Assembly (NCBI GenBank): GCA_964607685.1
Contig: CAZSOF010000003.1
Span: 1 to 42,311 of the forward strand
Length of the DNA: 42,311 nt
Direction of reading: 5' to 3'
Source of the DNA: an uncultured Acidimicrobiaceae bacterium
Lineage (GTDB): Bacteria; Actinomycetota; Acidimicrobiia; Spongiisociales; ZC4RG35
Shown here piece after piece: positions 20,423-31,106 of the stretch. The notes beneath the pieces were generated by a model. The model did no database searches. It saw nothing but the letters and a program-made list of their open reading frames with translations, and was not told where the DNA came from. A program made the translations under genes and the position numbers. Position 1 is the first letter of the stretch. The number at the start of each line of letters is the position of its first letter.

Positions 20423-21862
20423 ATGGCGCGGCTTAACCTGATGTCAGTGTCCCGAATCGCTGTAGCCGGCCCGTCGGACGTGGTCACCCGTGCCGCGATC
20501 GATGTGGCCAACGAAGGGGGATCGGTAGTCGACGTCGCGATCGTGGCGGCGTTGACCGCCATGTGCACCGAGCCCGGAGTCTGTGGTCCTGGAGGCGGGG
20601 GCTTTCTGACGATCGATCTACCGGAACACGACCCGGTGGTCGTGGACGGCTACATGGCCTACCCGGGGAAGGGCTTTGGAGGGGAGCCGTTCACTCGAGA
20701 GGTGCGTATGACCTACGGCGGCGGCGTCACGACTCTGGTCGATGCCGGCTCGGTGGCCGTCCCGGGTGCCTTCTCGGCGTTCGACATGGCATGGGAGATG
20801 TTCGGCATGGTGCCTTGGCCGGTGCTGATGGGCACCGTCGCCGACGCCGTGGCCGACGGGTTTCCCCTCAGCTACGCGGCCCATCACTACTTGAACGAAG
20901 GGGCGGCTCCCATCTATCGCAGCGATCCGGTGGCGCTCGAGGCTCTCTTCGAAGGAGATGACGCCCGGCCGATGGGCGCCAACATCGTGTTTGCGGGTCT
21001 TGCCGAGACTTTGCGATACATCGGGCAGAGTGGCGCGGAGGTCTTCTACCGTGGCGATCTCGGGGCCGGGATCGTCGATGACCTCCTCTCGCGGGGCGGT
21101 CAGCTGACGCGCCAAGACATGTCGGCCTACCGGGCCATCGCCCGCCGGCCACTTGTCACCGAGGTCGGCGAGTGGAACCTGGCACTTAACCCCGCCCCCG
21201 CGGTGGGAGGGTTGGCGGTGTCTCGAGTTCTCCAGGCGTTGCAGACCTTCGAGGACCACGGTCCCATCGGTCGGGCCCGAGCCCTGATAGACGCCTTCCA
21301 GGCTCGCCAGCGCGATGCTCTGCGCTCACCTTCGACCGTGAGCGTTGCGGCCGCCGACGACAAAGGAGGCGCGGTTGCCGCCTCGTTCTCGGCCGGGTAC
21401 GGCTCGGGGCTCATCCCCCGTGGAACAGGAATGCTCATGAACAACAGTGTCGGAGAGTTGGAGCTGGTGGCCGGGTCGGCCACCGCGCGGCCGCCGGGGG
21501 AGAGGATGATCTCCAACATGGCCCCAACGGTGGCCCGCCGGGGGGAGGAGGCGGTGGCTGTGGGGTCGCCGGGGGCAGATCGGATCACGACTGCTATCGC
21601 CTGCACCCTGTGGCACATAGCCAGCGGTGACACCCTCGCCGGCGCCATCGACCATCCCCGGGTCCACCCCGAGTTCGGGGACTACGGGATCCGTGTTGCC
21701 GCAGAGCCCGGTCAGGACCTGGCCGGGGTGGGTCTTCCCGTCCGTGAGTTCGATGGTCTTCACATGTTCTTCGGTGGGGTCAACGGGGCCGGGCTCCTCG
21801 ATGGCGCACTCCAGGCTCACGCCGATGCCAGGCGCACGGGCTCGGTGGCCTTCAGCCACTGA
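20423..21862 (+). CDS. Gamma-glutamyltransferase family protein (no signal peptide)
   Basis: GGT-family pattern: FYRGDLG, a candidate autoprocessing Thr in PSTVSVAAADDKGGAVAASFSAGYGSGLIPRGTGMLMNN, and PMISNMAPT-like and GSPGADRI motifs. At 479 aa it is shorter than periplasmic GGTs. Confidence 0.82.
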   Translation: MARLNLMSVSRIAVAGPSDVVTRAAIDVANEGGSVVDVAIVAALTAMCTEPGVCGPGGGGFLTIDLPEHDPVVVDGYMAYPGKGFGGEPFTREVRMTYGGGVTTLVDAGSVAVPGAFSAFDMAWEMFGMVPWPVLMGTVADAVADGFPLSYAAHHYLNEGAAPIYRSDPVALEALFEGDDARPMGANIVFAGLAETLRYIGQSGAEVFYRGDLGAGIVDDLLSRGGQLTRQDMSAYRAIARRPLVTEVGEWNLALNPAPAVGGLAVSRVLQALQTFEDHGPIGRARALIDAFQARQRDALRSPSTVSVAAADDKGGAVAASFSAGYGSGLIPRGTGMLMNNSVGELELVAGSATARPPGERMISNMAPTVARRGEEAVAVGSPGADRITTAIACTLWHIASGDTLAGAIDHPRVHPEFGDYGIRVAAEPGQDLAGVGLPVREFDGLHMFFGGVNGAGLLDGALQAHADARRTGSVAFSH

Positions 21863-21973
21863 GGGTGAACCGGGCTCCGTCGCTCATGTCGGGAACGATG
21901 CCGCCCATGTTCGGGTCGGACGGGCCTGACAACCCTCTAGAACCGGCCGATCCGGCGTCGTACGTTCAGGGAC

Positions 21974-23407
21974 ATGTACGCAGCGACCACTTCGGTGGCG
22001 CTGGTCGGGGGAGACGTCAGACCAGTCGAGGTTCAGGTCCACGTCGGGAAGCAGAACGAGCAGTTCAAGCTGAGCGGCCTCCCCGACACCGCGGTCCGCG
22101 AGGCCAAGGACCGGGTTCGCGCTGCTGTCATGTCGACGGGGATTCGGTTTCCCAACCGAACCGTGACGGTGAACCTCGCACCTGCTCATCTCCCCAAGTC
22201 TGGCACCGACTTCGATCTGCCGATCGCGCTGGGAGTGCTGGCCGCCAGCAACGAGATACCCGACCCAGGTGGGACGGTCGTGGTTGGCGAGCTGGCTTTG
22301 GACGGCAGTGTGCGCTCCGGGGCCAGCACCATCGGGGCCGCGGTGCTCTCGGCTCGGTCGGGCAGGCACTGTCTGGTGGCGGCCGGATCGGCACCCGAGG
22401 TTGCCGGGGTTCCCGGCTCCAAGGTCCACGGAGTGGCCACGCTGGCCGAGGCCGTCGAGCTCCTCCGGCTCGGGTTCGGGCAGCAGGCGACGGTTGCCGC
22501 CCAGCAGGTCGAGTGCACGTGGGAAGCAGGGGATCTCACCGAGGTCAGGGGACAACAACTGGCGCGTCGCGCCATGGAGGTGGCTGCCGCCGGTGGTCAT
22601 CATCTGCTTCTCCACGGCCCTCCCGGTGGCGGCAAGACCATGCTGGCCAGGAGACTCCCGGGAATCCTCCCTGCTCTCTCCGAGAGCGAGGCCGTCGAAG
22701 TCGCTCTCATCCACGCAGCTGCTGGTTATCAGCGGGAATTGAGCAAGGCGCCACCCTTTCGATCCCCGCATCACACCGCATCGCGATCGGCCCTGGTGGG
22801 TGGGGGAAGCGGTGTGGTGGTCCCCGGGGAGGTCTCGTTGGCACATCACGGTGTCCTGTTTCTCGACGAGATGGCCGAGTTCCCCCGAGGAAACCTCGAC
22901 ACCCTTCGCCAGCCACTGGAGGATGGCATCGTCACCGTGGCCCGTCGCGGGGTCACCGCCACCTTCCCATCGTCTTTCCACCTGGTGGCGGCCACCAACC
23001 CCTGTCCCTGTGGTTTCTTCGAGGATCGGCGCAAACCTTGCTCATGTCGTCCCGCCGCGGTTTCCCGCTACCGCCAGCGCCTCTCGGGGCCCCTACTCGA
23101 CCGATTCGACCTGGTGGTGAAGGTCGATCGCCTGGATGCTGCCGACGTAACGGGGCCCGAGCCCGAGTCGACACGTCTGATCCGAGACCGTGTGAGCCGG
23201 GCTCGAGAGCTCTTGTCGGAGGCGGAACCGCATATCACATCCACTGCAGCCGAGCTGTTGGTGGCCGGTCTCGACACCGGTCTCCTGACGGCCCGTGGTG
23301 TCGATCGGGTGAGACGAGTCGCGGTGACGATTGCGGCTCTGGCCGGCTCACCGGAGGTTGGCGAGGACCATGTCGCGGAGGCGATGGCCTCGAGAGCGGA
23401 CTGGTGA
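21974..23407 (+). CDS. yifB: YifB/ComM-family Mg-chelatase-like AAA+ ATPase
   Basis: An N-terminal Lon-like domain (VEVQVHVG...LSGLPDTAVREAKDRV) is followed by Walker A GPPGGGKT, VLFLDEMAEF and the C-terminal ChlI-type region. It sits upstream of dprA. Confidence 0.93.
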   Translation: MYAATTSVALVGGDVRPVEVQVHVGKQNEQFKLSGLPDTAVREAKDRVRAAVMSTGIRFPNRTVTVNLAPAHLPKSGTDFDLPIALGVLAASNEIPDPGGTVVVGELALDGSVRSGASTIGAAVLSARSGRHCLVAAGSAPEVAGVPGSKVHGVATLAEAVELLRLGFGQQATVAAQQVECTWEAGDLTEVRGQQLARRAMEVAAAGGHHLLLHGPPGGGKTMLARRLPGILPALSESEAVEVALIHAAAGYQRELSKAPPFRSPHHTASRSALVGGGSGVVVPGEVSLAHHGVLFLDEMAEFPRGNLDTLRQPLEDGIVTVARRGVTATFPSSFHLVAATNPCPCGFFEDRRKPCSCRPAAVSRYRQRLSGPLLDRFDLVVKVDRLDAADVTGPEPESTRLIRDRVSRARELLSEAEPHITSTAAELLVAGLDTGLLTARGVDRVRRVAVTIAALAGSPEVGEDHVAEAMASRADW

Positions 23408-24225
23408 GTCAGCTTGCCCGCATCGACCCGTCCAGCCGGTCCTATCCCGTAGGTCTTCTCGACCTGGAGGATCCCCCGCCCATCTGGGTGAAAGGTGTGC
23501 TCGACGGGTCACCGGGTGTGGCGGTGGTGGGCACGCGTCGCGCCACGAGGTACGGGGTCGACCTCGCCGAGGCGTTCGGCGGGGTCATCGCCAGGGCGGG
23601 GTGGGTCACGGTGAGCGGGCTTGCCCGGGGGATAGACACCGCTGCGCACCGCGGTTGTCTTCGTCTCTCCGGGCAGGCAGTAGCCGTCCTCGGGTCGGGC
23701 ATCGACGTCTGCTATCCGGGAGAGAACAAGCCGGTCTACGACCAGATCGTTGACACCGGTGGGGCGATCGTCTCCGAGTATCCGCCGGGCACGCCTCCCG
23801 ATCGTTGGAGGTTTCCGGCACGCAATCGCATCATCGCCGCCATGTCGGCCGCGGTGGTCGTCGTGGAGGCCGCGGCCACCGGCGGAGCGCTCATCACCGC
23901 ACGGCTGGGAGCCGAGCTGGGCCGTTCGGTCTTCGTCGTCCCCGGCGACATCGACCGGGAGATGTCGGAGGGCTGCAACCGACTCATCCGCGACGGTGCC
24001 CATCCGGTCCTGGGAAGCGATGATCTCCTCGCCGAGCTGAGTCTGATCCTGGGCCCGCCGGGGCCGGTGACGGACAGCGTGGCCGGAATACCCGCCGAAG
24101 GGATCCAGATAAATGACCTGCCCGTGCTGTGGTCGCTGACCATCACAGAGACGCTGATCAAGCTGGGCCGTCTCGAGGTCGAGGGAAAGGTGCGACGACT
24201 CGGCGACTATGTGGTCCCAACCTGA
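23404..24225 (+). CDS. dprA: DNA-processing protein DprA (short form)
   Basis: Rossmann-like DprA core: VAVVGTRRATRYG, SGLARGIDTAAHRG, AVLGSGID, FPARNRIIAA. GTG 23404 overlaps the yifB stop as GTGA. Only the last 273 codons of the 786-codon track ORF are DprA-like. Confidence 0.92.
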   Translation: MSQLARIDPSSRSYPVGLLDLEDPPPIWVKGVLDGSPGVAVVGTRRATRYGVDLAEAFGGVIARAGWVTVSGLARGIDTAAHRGCLRLSGQAVAVLGSGIDVCYPGENKPVYDQIVDTGGAIVSEYPPGTPPDRWRFPARNRIIAAMSAAVVVVEAAATGGALITARLGAELGRSVFVVPGDIDREMSEGCNRLIRDGAHPVLGSDDLLAELSLILGPPGPVTDSVAGIPAEGIQINDLPVLWSLTITETLIKLGRLEVEGKVRRLGDYVVPT

Positions 24226-24267
24226 GCTCCCGGGAACATCAATCGACATCAAATAGCATCAGGCGTC

Positions 24268-25155
24268 GTGGAAGTGCCGGATGCGCCGCCGTGGGCGGTA
24301 GCGGAATTGGATCGATACCTGGCTAGATTGCGTGATCAGCGCGGTTTGTCACCCCATACCCTCCAGGCCTATCGACGTGACCTGTCTCAGTTCTTCGACT
24401 ACTGCCAGCGGTCGGGCGTGGCCGCGATCGGTGATGTCGAGCGCCGGGTTGCGCGTCGCTATCTCGCCTTCCTGAACACACTCGGTTACTCCCGTGCCAC
24501 GACGTCCCGGAAGGCATCGTCGGTGCGCGCCTATTACTCCGATGCGGTGATCCGGGGTCAGGCGATGGTGAACCCGTTCGACGGCGTCTCCACTCCGAGG
24601 TTGGACAGGCCCCTCCCACACGCGCTCTCGGCGCGGGCGATGGCGGCAGCCATATCCTCGATCGACACCTCGGATCCGGTCGGGATAAGGGATCGCGCCA
24701 TCCTGGAGACTCTGTATGCCACCGGGCTCAGGGTCTCCGAGCTGGCGTCACTGACCACCGGCGACGTGTCCTCGGACACGGTCACCGTCATCGGGAAGGG
24801 CCGCAAGAAACGAACCGTGCCGCTGGGCCGTCCCGCACAACAGGCCCTGGCTCTGTATCTGGGGGAGGGACGCCCGCGTCTGCAGGGCAGCGATTCTGGG
24901 GACGCCCTCTGGGTGAGCATCCGTGGCCGCGAGATGTCCAGTCGCGGACTCCGCCGGGTGGTGTCCAAGCATCTGGCCACGTTCCCCCACTCGGTGCGTC
25001 ACAGCTTTGCCACACATCTGCTGGAGGGTGGCGCCGACCTGCGCACGGTGCAGGACCTGTTGGGACACACCGATCTGGCTACCACACAGATCTACACTGC
25101 CGTAACCCGTAAACACCTGCGAGGAGTCTATGACCAAAGCCACCCAAGGGCCTGA
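24268..25155 (+). CDS. xerC: Tyrosine recombinase XerC
   Basis: Phage-integrase-family catalytic residues are present (R in [32 protein letters not shown]). The N-terminal SAM-like domain and the position after dprA fit chromosomal XerC. Confidence 0.92.
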   Translation: MEVPDAPPWAVAELDRYLARLRDQRGLSPHTLQAYRRDLSQFFDYCQRSGVAAIGDVERRVARRYLAFLNTLGYSRATTSRKASSVRAYYSDAVIRGQAMVNPFDGVSTPRLDRPLPHALSARAMAAAISSIDTSDPVGIRDRAILETLYATGLRVSELASLTTGDVSSDTVTVIGKGRKKRTVPLGRPAQQALALYLGEGRPRLQGSDSGDALWVSIRGREMSSRGLRRVVSKHLATFPHSVRHSFATHLLEGGADLRTVQDLLGHTDLATTQIYTAVTRKHLRGVYDQSHPRA

Positions 25156-25909
25156 GACGTCTCAGGTGGACGGGCTTTGGGAGCGCTTCAAGGCCACAGG
25201 TGACGCCGACGCCCGCGAGCGGCTGATCCTCCACTATTCGCCACTCGTGAAGTATGTGGCCGGCAGGGTCGGGACCGGGCTGCCTCGCTCGGTGGACCAG
25301 AACGATCTCGCCAGCTACGGGCTGTTCGGCCTGATCGATGCCATCGACAAGTTCGACCTTGAGCGCGGCTTCAAATTCGAGACCTATGCCATCAACAGGA
25401 TCAAGGGGGCGATCCTCGATGAGCTGAGGGCCCTGGATTGGGTGCCCCGCTCGGTCAGATCCCGGGCGCGAAGGATCGAGACGACGATCGCCGAGTTGGA
25501 GCACAAGCTTCAGCGGGCGCCGACGGAGGAGGAGATCGCCGAGGAGGTCGACATGGAGATCGACGAGTTCCGTGACGCACTGGCCCAGATCGGCCGGTCT
25601 GGGATCGCTGCTCTCGATGAATTCGTCTCCAGCGACTCGCAGACTTCCATGGGTGAGATGGTCGCCGATCCGCGCGGGGTCTCTCCGGAGACCGAGTTCC
25701 AGGCGGAGGAGACCCGTAGAGCGCTGTTCGACGCCATAAACCGACTTCCCGGCCGCGAGCGCCTCGTGGTGACTCTCTACTACTACGAGGGCATGACTCT
25801 CGCCGAGATCGGCGATGTCCTCGGGGTAACCGAGTCCAGGGTGTGCCAGATCCACGCCAAGACGATGATGTCGCTGCGCAACCGTCTCGGCGACCCCAGC
25901 TGGGGCTGA
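25130..25909 (+). CDS. FliA/WhiG-family RNA polymerase sigma factor
   Basis: Sigma-70 region 2 (LVKYVAGRV..., [36 protein letters not shown]), region 3, and region 4 ([29 protein letters not shown]) resemble sigma-28/WhiG. The position upstream of rpsB matches Streptomyces whiG. The start overlaps xerC by 26 nt. Confidence 0.88.
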   Translation: MTKATQGPETSQVDGLWERFKATGDADARERLILHYSPLVKYVAGRVGTGLPRSVDQNDLASYGLFGLIDAIDKFDLERGFKFETYAINRIKGAILDELRALDWVPRSVRSRARRIETTIAELEHKLQRAPTEEEIAEEVDMEIDEFRDALAQIGRSGIAALDEFVSSDSQTSMGEMVADPRGVSPETEFQAEETRRALFDAINRLPGRERLVVTLYYYEGMTLAEIGDVLGVTESRVCQIHAKTMMSLRNRLGDPSWG

Positions 25910-25932
25910 TCGAACACCCTTGCCTGGGAGCG

Positions 25933-27117
25933 TCAGCCGATCCGGGGCACCCGGAGCATGAGGAGAGCCCTCTCCAGCTCGGCGATTGCATCCGGGCTGG
26001 TCTCCGAGGCGTGACGCTCGATCAGGGCCGTCCATGCTGCCACGGACCCAGACGATCTGGCGTAAGCCCAATAGGCGTGTCCCCGGATCAGAGATGAACG
26101 ATGGTCGAAGTGCCCCACGATCGACGGTAGCGCAGTCTTCTCACCGGAGTTGCCCGCAGCGACCAGCACGTTGCGGCGCAGGAATCTGGGATCGCGACGG
26201 GGTACATACCACCAGTGGAAACGTTCCATCAGCTCGTCGTCGGTTGCCTCCAGGAGGTCGACGAAGGCGAGCTCCTCGGCACGAGTGGTCACTCTGGCCA
26301 GTGCCGGGCCGCCAGGAGGGCATGAGGTCAGGCAGTCATCGCAGCCATAGATACGCCTACCGATGTGGGGGCGGATCCAGTGGGGGATCGATCCCGGGCT
26401 CTGGAGCCACGTGGAGATGCAACGCCTGGCATCGAGACCTTCAGGGGTGATTGCACCGGTCGGGCAGGCCGGCACACACGCCACACAGGTCCCACATCCC
26501 CGCAGCATGGGTGGATCTCCAGGGATGTGGATGTCGGTCGCGACCGAGCCCAACAACAGCCATGGTCCGTGCCCCGGGGCGAGGGCCATCGTGCTCCTCC
26601 CTATCCAGCCCAACCCCGATCGAGCGGCGGCCGCCCGATCCAGCAAGCGGTTGTCGTCGACCAGGGCGTCGGCGCGTCCGCCCCTTCGTCGGAGCTCATC
26701 GGTCACGGCGCCGGTGGCCAGCCTCACCTTTCGGTAGTGGTCACGGGTGGCGAATCTGCCGATCACCGCACCTCCTGGGGCAGGCGGAGAGGCGTCGGCG
26801 ACATAGCTGCACCCCACGACCACCAGACTGTTGGCCCAGGGAAAGGTGCGGCGGACATCGGCTGCGGTCACGGGGTCGTCATACGTGAAATGAAGCGGTC
26901 CGCCCATGCCCCGGTCTTTGCGGGCGATGAGAGTGTCCCGTGCCTCGGTGAAGGAACCGGCGCTGGTGAAGCCGACGACGTCGGCGCCCGCCTCCATGGC
27001 GACGGCACGCAGGGCGGAGCGATCGACTGTCAACACACCTCGAGTCTGCCACGGAGGCCGATTACCGAAGACAAGACGGTCCCCGTACAATCCGCGCTCA
27101 CTACGCACGTCCGTCAA
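25933..27117 (-). CDS. queG: tRNA epoxyqueuosine(34) reductase QueG (start uncertain)
   Basis: It has a DUF1730-like N-terminal region, the 4Fe-4S motifs CGTCVACVPACPTGAI and CDDCLTSCPPG, and a HEAT-like C-terminus. GTG 27036 is an alternative start. Confidence 0.88.
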   Translation of the reverse strand: MTDVRSERGLYGDRLVFGNRPPWQTRGVLTVDRSALRAVAMEAGADVVGFTSAGSFTEARDTLIARKDRGMGGPLHFTYDDPVTAADVRRTFPWANSLVVVGCSYVADASPPAPGGAVIGRFATRDHYRKVRLATGAVTDELRRRGGRADALVDDNRLLDRAAAARSGLGWIGRSTMALAPGHGPWLLLGSVATDIHIPGDPPMLRGCGTCVACVPACPTGAITPEGLDARRCISTWLQSPGSIPHWIRPHIGRRIYGCDDCLTSCPPGGPALARVTTRAEELAFVDLLEATDDELMERFHWWYVPRRDPRFLRRNVLVAAGNSGEKTALPSIVGHFDHRSSLIRGHAYWAYARSSGSVAAWTALIERHASETSPDAIAELERALLMLRVPRIG

Positions 27118-27276
27118 CCCCTCACTGGTCGACGCCTGTCCTCGGGGACAGGTTCGAGTTTGGTCTATAGACCCAGACTGGGCCTGCTCTGATCATGCAG
27201 GCGTCGGAAGAGGGCCGCCTCACGGAGGCGGGGGTCAGACCCAGCGGGCGGAGGGACAAACCAGAAAGGAGTGATT

Positions 27277-28005
<729 letters not shown>

Positions 28006-28012
28006 GAGAACG

Positions 28013-28636
28013 ATGACTGACATCACCGCCAAGGACATCCAGAGACTCCGTCAGCATGCGGGTGTGGGCATGATGGACGCCAAGAGAGCGCTCACCGATG
28101 CCAACGGCGACCTCGAGAAGGCCTTCGAGCTGCTGCGGGAGAGGGGTCAGGCCAAGATGGCCAAACGGGCCGACCGGGAGGCGACCGAGGGCGCCATTGG
28201 CAGTTACCTGCATGTCCAGAACGAGCGCCCGGTGCTCGGTGTGCTCGTCGAGTTGTCATGCGAGACGGATTTCGTGGCCAAGAGCGACGAGTTCCGCCAG
28301 GTTGCCGATGACATTGCGATGCACGTGAGCTGGGCCGACCCCGAGTGGGTGACACGCGACCAGGTCGATCCCGATGCGCTGGCCAAGGAGAGGGAGCTGA
28401 TCGCCCGTCAGGCCGCGGCCGACGGCAAGTCGGGGGACGTCGTCGACCGCATCGTTGCGGGCAGGATCGAGGCCTGGTACTCGGAGAAAGTTCTGTACGA
28501 CCAGAAATTCGTCAACCCGGAGAGATACGACGGCACTGTTGGCGATATGGTCGGCGCACTCGCGACGAAGATGGGTGAGAACATCTCGGTACGACGCGTG
28601 GCCCGACTCGCGGTCGGCGCCCAGGAGCCAACTTGA
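28013..28636 (+). CDS. tsf: Translation elongation factor Ts (short, 207 aa)
   Basis: From ATG 28013: [45 protein letters not shown] (UBA-like N-terminus), followed by [11 protein letters not shown]. Confidence 0.95.
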   Translation: MTDITAKDIQRLRQHAGVGMMDAKRALTDANGDLEKAFELLRERGQAKMAKRADREATEGAIGSYLHVQNERPVLGVLVELSCETDFVAKSDEFRQVADDIAMHVSWADPEWVTRDQVDPDALAKERELIARQAAADGKSGDVVDRIVAGRIEAWYSEKVLYDQKFVNPERYDGTVGDMVGALATKMGENISVRRVARLAVGAQEPT

Positions 28637-29379
28637 GCCATGGAGACACCGGCGGGGCGGCATCGAAGAACCGGCCCCACAGAAGGGTCTTGCTCAAGCT
28701 GTCCGGTGAGGCATTCGCCGACCCCAGAGTCGGCTATGGCATCGACCCTCAGACCGTTCACCGTGTGGCCGAGGAGATCGCCGAAGCGCAGACGAAGGGT
28801 GTCCAAGTCGCGGTAGTGGTGGGTGGGGGGAACATCTTCCGCGGCGTGTCCCAGGCGGCCAAGGGAATGGACCCGGCAAACGCCGACTACATGGGCATGT
28901 TGGCCACCGTGATCAACGCGCTGGCCCTGCGTGACGCATTGGAGAACGCGGGTGTCACCACCCGGGTGCAGAGCGCGATCACGATGCAGGAGCTGGCAGA
29001 GCCCTACATTCGACTGCGAGCGATCCGGCATCTGGAGAAGGGGCGAGTGGTGATCTTCGCCGCCGGGACCGGCAACCCGTTCTTCACCACCGACACCACG
29101 GCCGCACTCCGGGCGATCGAGATAAATGCCGACGAGCTGCTCAAGGCGTCGAGGGTCGATGGGATCTACGACCGCGACCCGGTGAGCAACCACGACGCCA
29201 ACAGGCTCAGCGAGCTCTCCTACATGGAGTTCATCGCCCAGGAACTCCAGGTCATGGACAACACCGCCGTTACGATGTGCAAAGAGCACGGGGTGCCCAT
29301 CCATGTCTTCGACATGACCGTCCCGGGAAACATCGTCAAAGCAGTTGCAGGCGACAGAATCGGCACAGTTGTTCACTGA
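28633..29379 (+). CDS. pyrH: UMP kinase
   Basis: [36 protein letters not shown] and [10 protein letters not shown] are PyrH motifs. TTG 28633 overlaps the tsf stop as TTGA. Confidence 0.95.
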   Translation: MSHGDTGGAASKNRPHRRVLLKLSGEAFADPRVGYGIDPQTVHRVAEEIAEAQTKGVQVAVVVGGGNIFRGVSQAAKGMDPANADYMGMLATVINALALRDALENAGVTTRVQSAITMQELAEPYIRLRAIRHLEKGRVVIFAAGTGNPFFTTDTTAALRAIEINADELLKASRVDGIYDRDPVSNHDANRLSELSYMEFIAQELQVMDNTAVTMCKEHGVPIHVFDMTVPGNIVKAVAGDRIGTVVH

Positions 29380-29391
29380 GGAGGCATTTCC

Positions 29392-29943
29392 ATGATCAGC
29401 GATCTCTTGACTGAAGCCGAACACAGGATGGAGATGGCGGTCGATCACGTGGCGTCCGAGTTCGCAACGGTGCGCACCGGGCGGGCCAACCCTCAACTCC
29501 TACATCGCATCAATGTCGACTACTACGGCTCCCCCACGCCTCTCCAGCAGCTGGCGTCGATCGCGGTTCCCGAGCCCCGTCTCCTCGTGGTGCAACCTTT
29601 CGATCCCCAAACCGTCTCCGACATCGAGCGGGCGATACAGCAGGCCGATCTCGGCCTCAACCCGAGCAACGACGGCTCTGTGGTGCGGATTGCCTTTCCA
29701 CCCCTGACCGAGGAAAGACGTAAGGAGCTGATAAAGCTGGTCAGGCACATGGCCGAGGAGGGCCGGGTCTCGGTGCGCAACGTTCGACGACATTCCAAGA
29801 GCGAGATGGAGGCTCTGCACGGTGAGATCTCCGACGATGACATCCACCGCGGTGAAGACGAGCTGCAGAAACTCACCGATCGGTTCGTGGAGCGAATCGA
29901 CGAGCTCCTGGGCAACAAAGAGGAAGAGCTGCTAGAGGTTTGA
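29392..29943 (+). CDS. frr: Ribosome recycling factor
   Basis: The N-terminal pattern is RRF-like, with VRTGRANPQLL, PPLTEERRKEL and VRNVRRH. GAGGAGG precedes the ATG. Confidence 0.96.
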   Translation: MISDLLTEAEHRMEMAVDHVASEFATVRTGRANPQLLHRINVDYYGSPTPLQQLASIAVPEPRLLVVQPFDPQTVSDIERAIQQADLGLNPSNDGSVVRIAFPPLTEERRKELIKLVRHMAEEGRVSVRNVRRHSKSEMEALHGEISDDDIHRGEDELQKLTDRFVERIDELLGNKEEELLEV

Positions 29944-31106
29944 TGGCTGACCCCGACCACCCCGAAGGCGATGCGACGGACGATTCCAAGGAGGGCGGGA
30001 GCGATGCGCTGCCGTTCGATGAGGACGACGCGGTGGAAGTCGATGATGGAACGCCACAATGGGACGCCATGACCGACGAGCCAACCGAGCTGGATGAATA
30101 CACGTCCCGGGAATACGTGAGGGGAACCACCCAGGAGTATCAGGGACTGGCCGAGGAGGTGGAGCGGGCCTCCACCGAGGAATGGGAAATGCAGGCCGTG
30201 GCGGCCAGCCTGCCCGGTGTCGAATCCGGGCTCGTCGGGTTTGGCGATGTCTCCGGGACGCAATCGGAGTCCGAGGAGTCCTATGAAGCCGCCGAGCAGG
30301 CCGCCACCTCGGATTTGGCGATGCGAATCGCCTCGGCGGTTGTGATATTCGGTCTCTTCCTGGGGAGCCTGGTCCTGGGTGGATGGTGGTTCTCGGTCTT
30401 CGTGATCTTGCTCATGGTGGTCTCGGTGGGTGAGTTCTATGCCACCTTGCGCACCGTTGGCTACAAGCCGCTTGCCCTGTTCGGGCTCTTGGGTGTGATT
30501 CTCGTCGGGATTGGGGCCCACACCGCTGGGCCTCTGGCCATCGCCGGCTGGGCGGCGGCGGCATCGACGGCCACCATTCTCTTCTTCTCCCTCAGCCCTC
30601 GAAGCAGGGCCCTGGTCAACAGCTCGGTGACCATCCTCGGGCTGACCTGGGTGGGGATGCTGGCGTTTGCGATTCTCATCGCAGCAGGTCCCCATCCGGT
30701 GGCGCACATCTTCTTCCTGGTGGCGATAGTGGCCGGCAATGACGCCGGTGCCTACTTCGTGGGCCGCAGCCTCGGCCGGCGGCCACTGGCACCAGTGGTG
30801 TCACCACGCAAGACGTGGGAGGGGTTTGCCGGCGGTTTCGTCGTCGGTGCCGTCGCGGCCTCGGTCCTGGTGGTATTCCCTCCCTGGGAGTCGATCGGAA
30901 TCGTCAGGGCGCTGGTGACGGCGGCTCTGGTGGGGGTGATCGCGCCATTGGGAGATCTCGCCGAGTCGGTGGTCAAGCGCACTGTGGGTGTCAAAGACAT
31001 GGGCTCGGTGCTCCCCGGTCACGGCGGCATGCTGGATCGGATCGATGGTTTTCTGTTCGCGGTCCCCGCCGTCTACATCCTCTTCAGGGGCTTCGAGCTG
31101 CTGTGA
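29940..31106 (+). CDS. cdsA: Phosphatidate cytidylyltransferase with about 110-aa acidic N-terminal extension
   Basis: The C-terminal CTP-transferase signature is present: SPRKTWEGFAGG...GDLAESVVKRTVGVKDMGSVLPGHGGMLDRIDG. The core is multi-span. Confidence 0.92.
   Translation: MMADPDHPEGDATDDSKEGGSDALPFDEDDAVEVDDGTPQWDAMTDEPTELDEYTSREYVRGTTQEYQGLAEEVERASTEEWEMQAVAASLPGVESGLVGFGDVSGTQSESEESYEAAEQAATSDLAMRIASAVVIFGLFLGSLVLGGWWFSVFVILLMVVSVGEFYATLRTVGYKPLALFGLLGVILVGIGAHTAGPLAIAGWAAAASTATILFFSLSPRSRALVNSSVTILGLTWVGMLAFAILIAAGPHPVAHIFFLVAIVAGNDAGAYFVGRSLGRRPLAPVVSPRKTWEGFAGGFVVGAVAASVLVVFPPWESIGIVRALVTAALVGVIAPLGDLAESVVKRTVGVKDMGSVLPGHGGMLDRIDGFLFAVPAVYILFRGFELL

Noticed and set aside
21865-23403. 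N-terminal 513 codons of the 786-aa ORF 21865..24225, which would make a giant DprA fusion
   Set aside because: This stretch lies out of frame over the clearly coding yifB/comM gene and is extremely Arg/Gly/Ser/Pro-rich. DprA homology begins only at GTG 23404, which is GTGA-coupled to the yifB stop.
24268-25155. The tyrosine recombinase as a marker of an integrated mobile element or phage
   Set aside because: It sits in the conserved dprA-xerC chromosomal context and has the XerC-type N-terminal domain. It is not flanked by a tRNA, direct repeats, or phage or transposon genes. I interpret it as the chromosome dimer-resolution recombinase.
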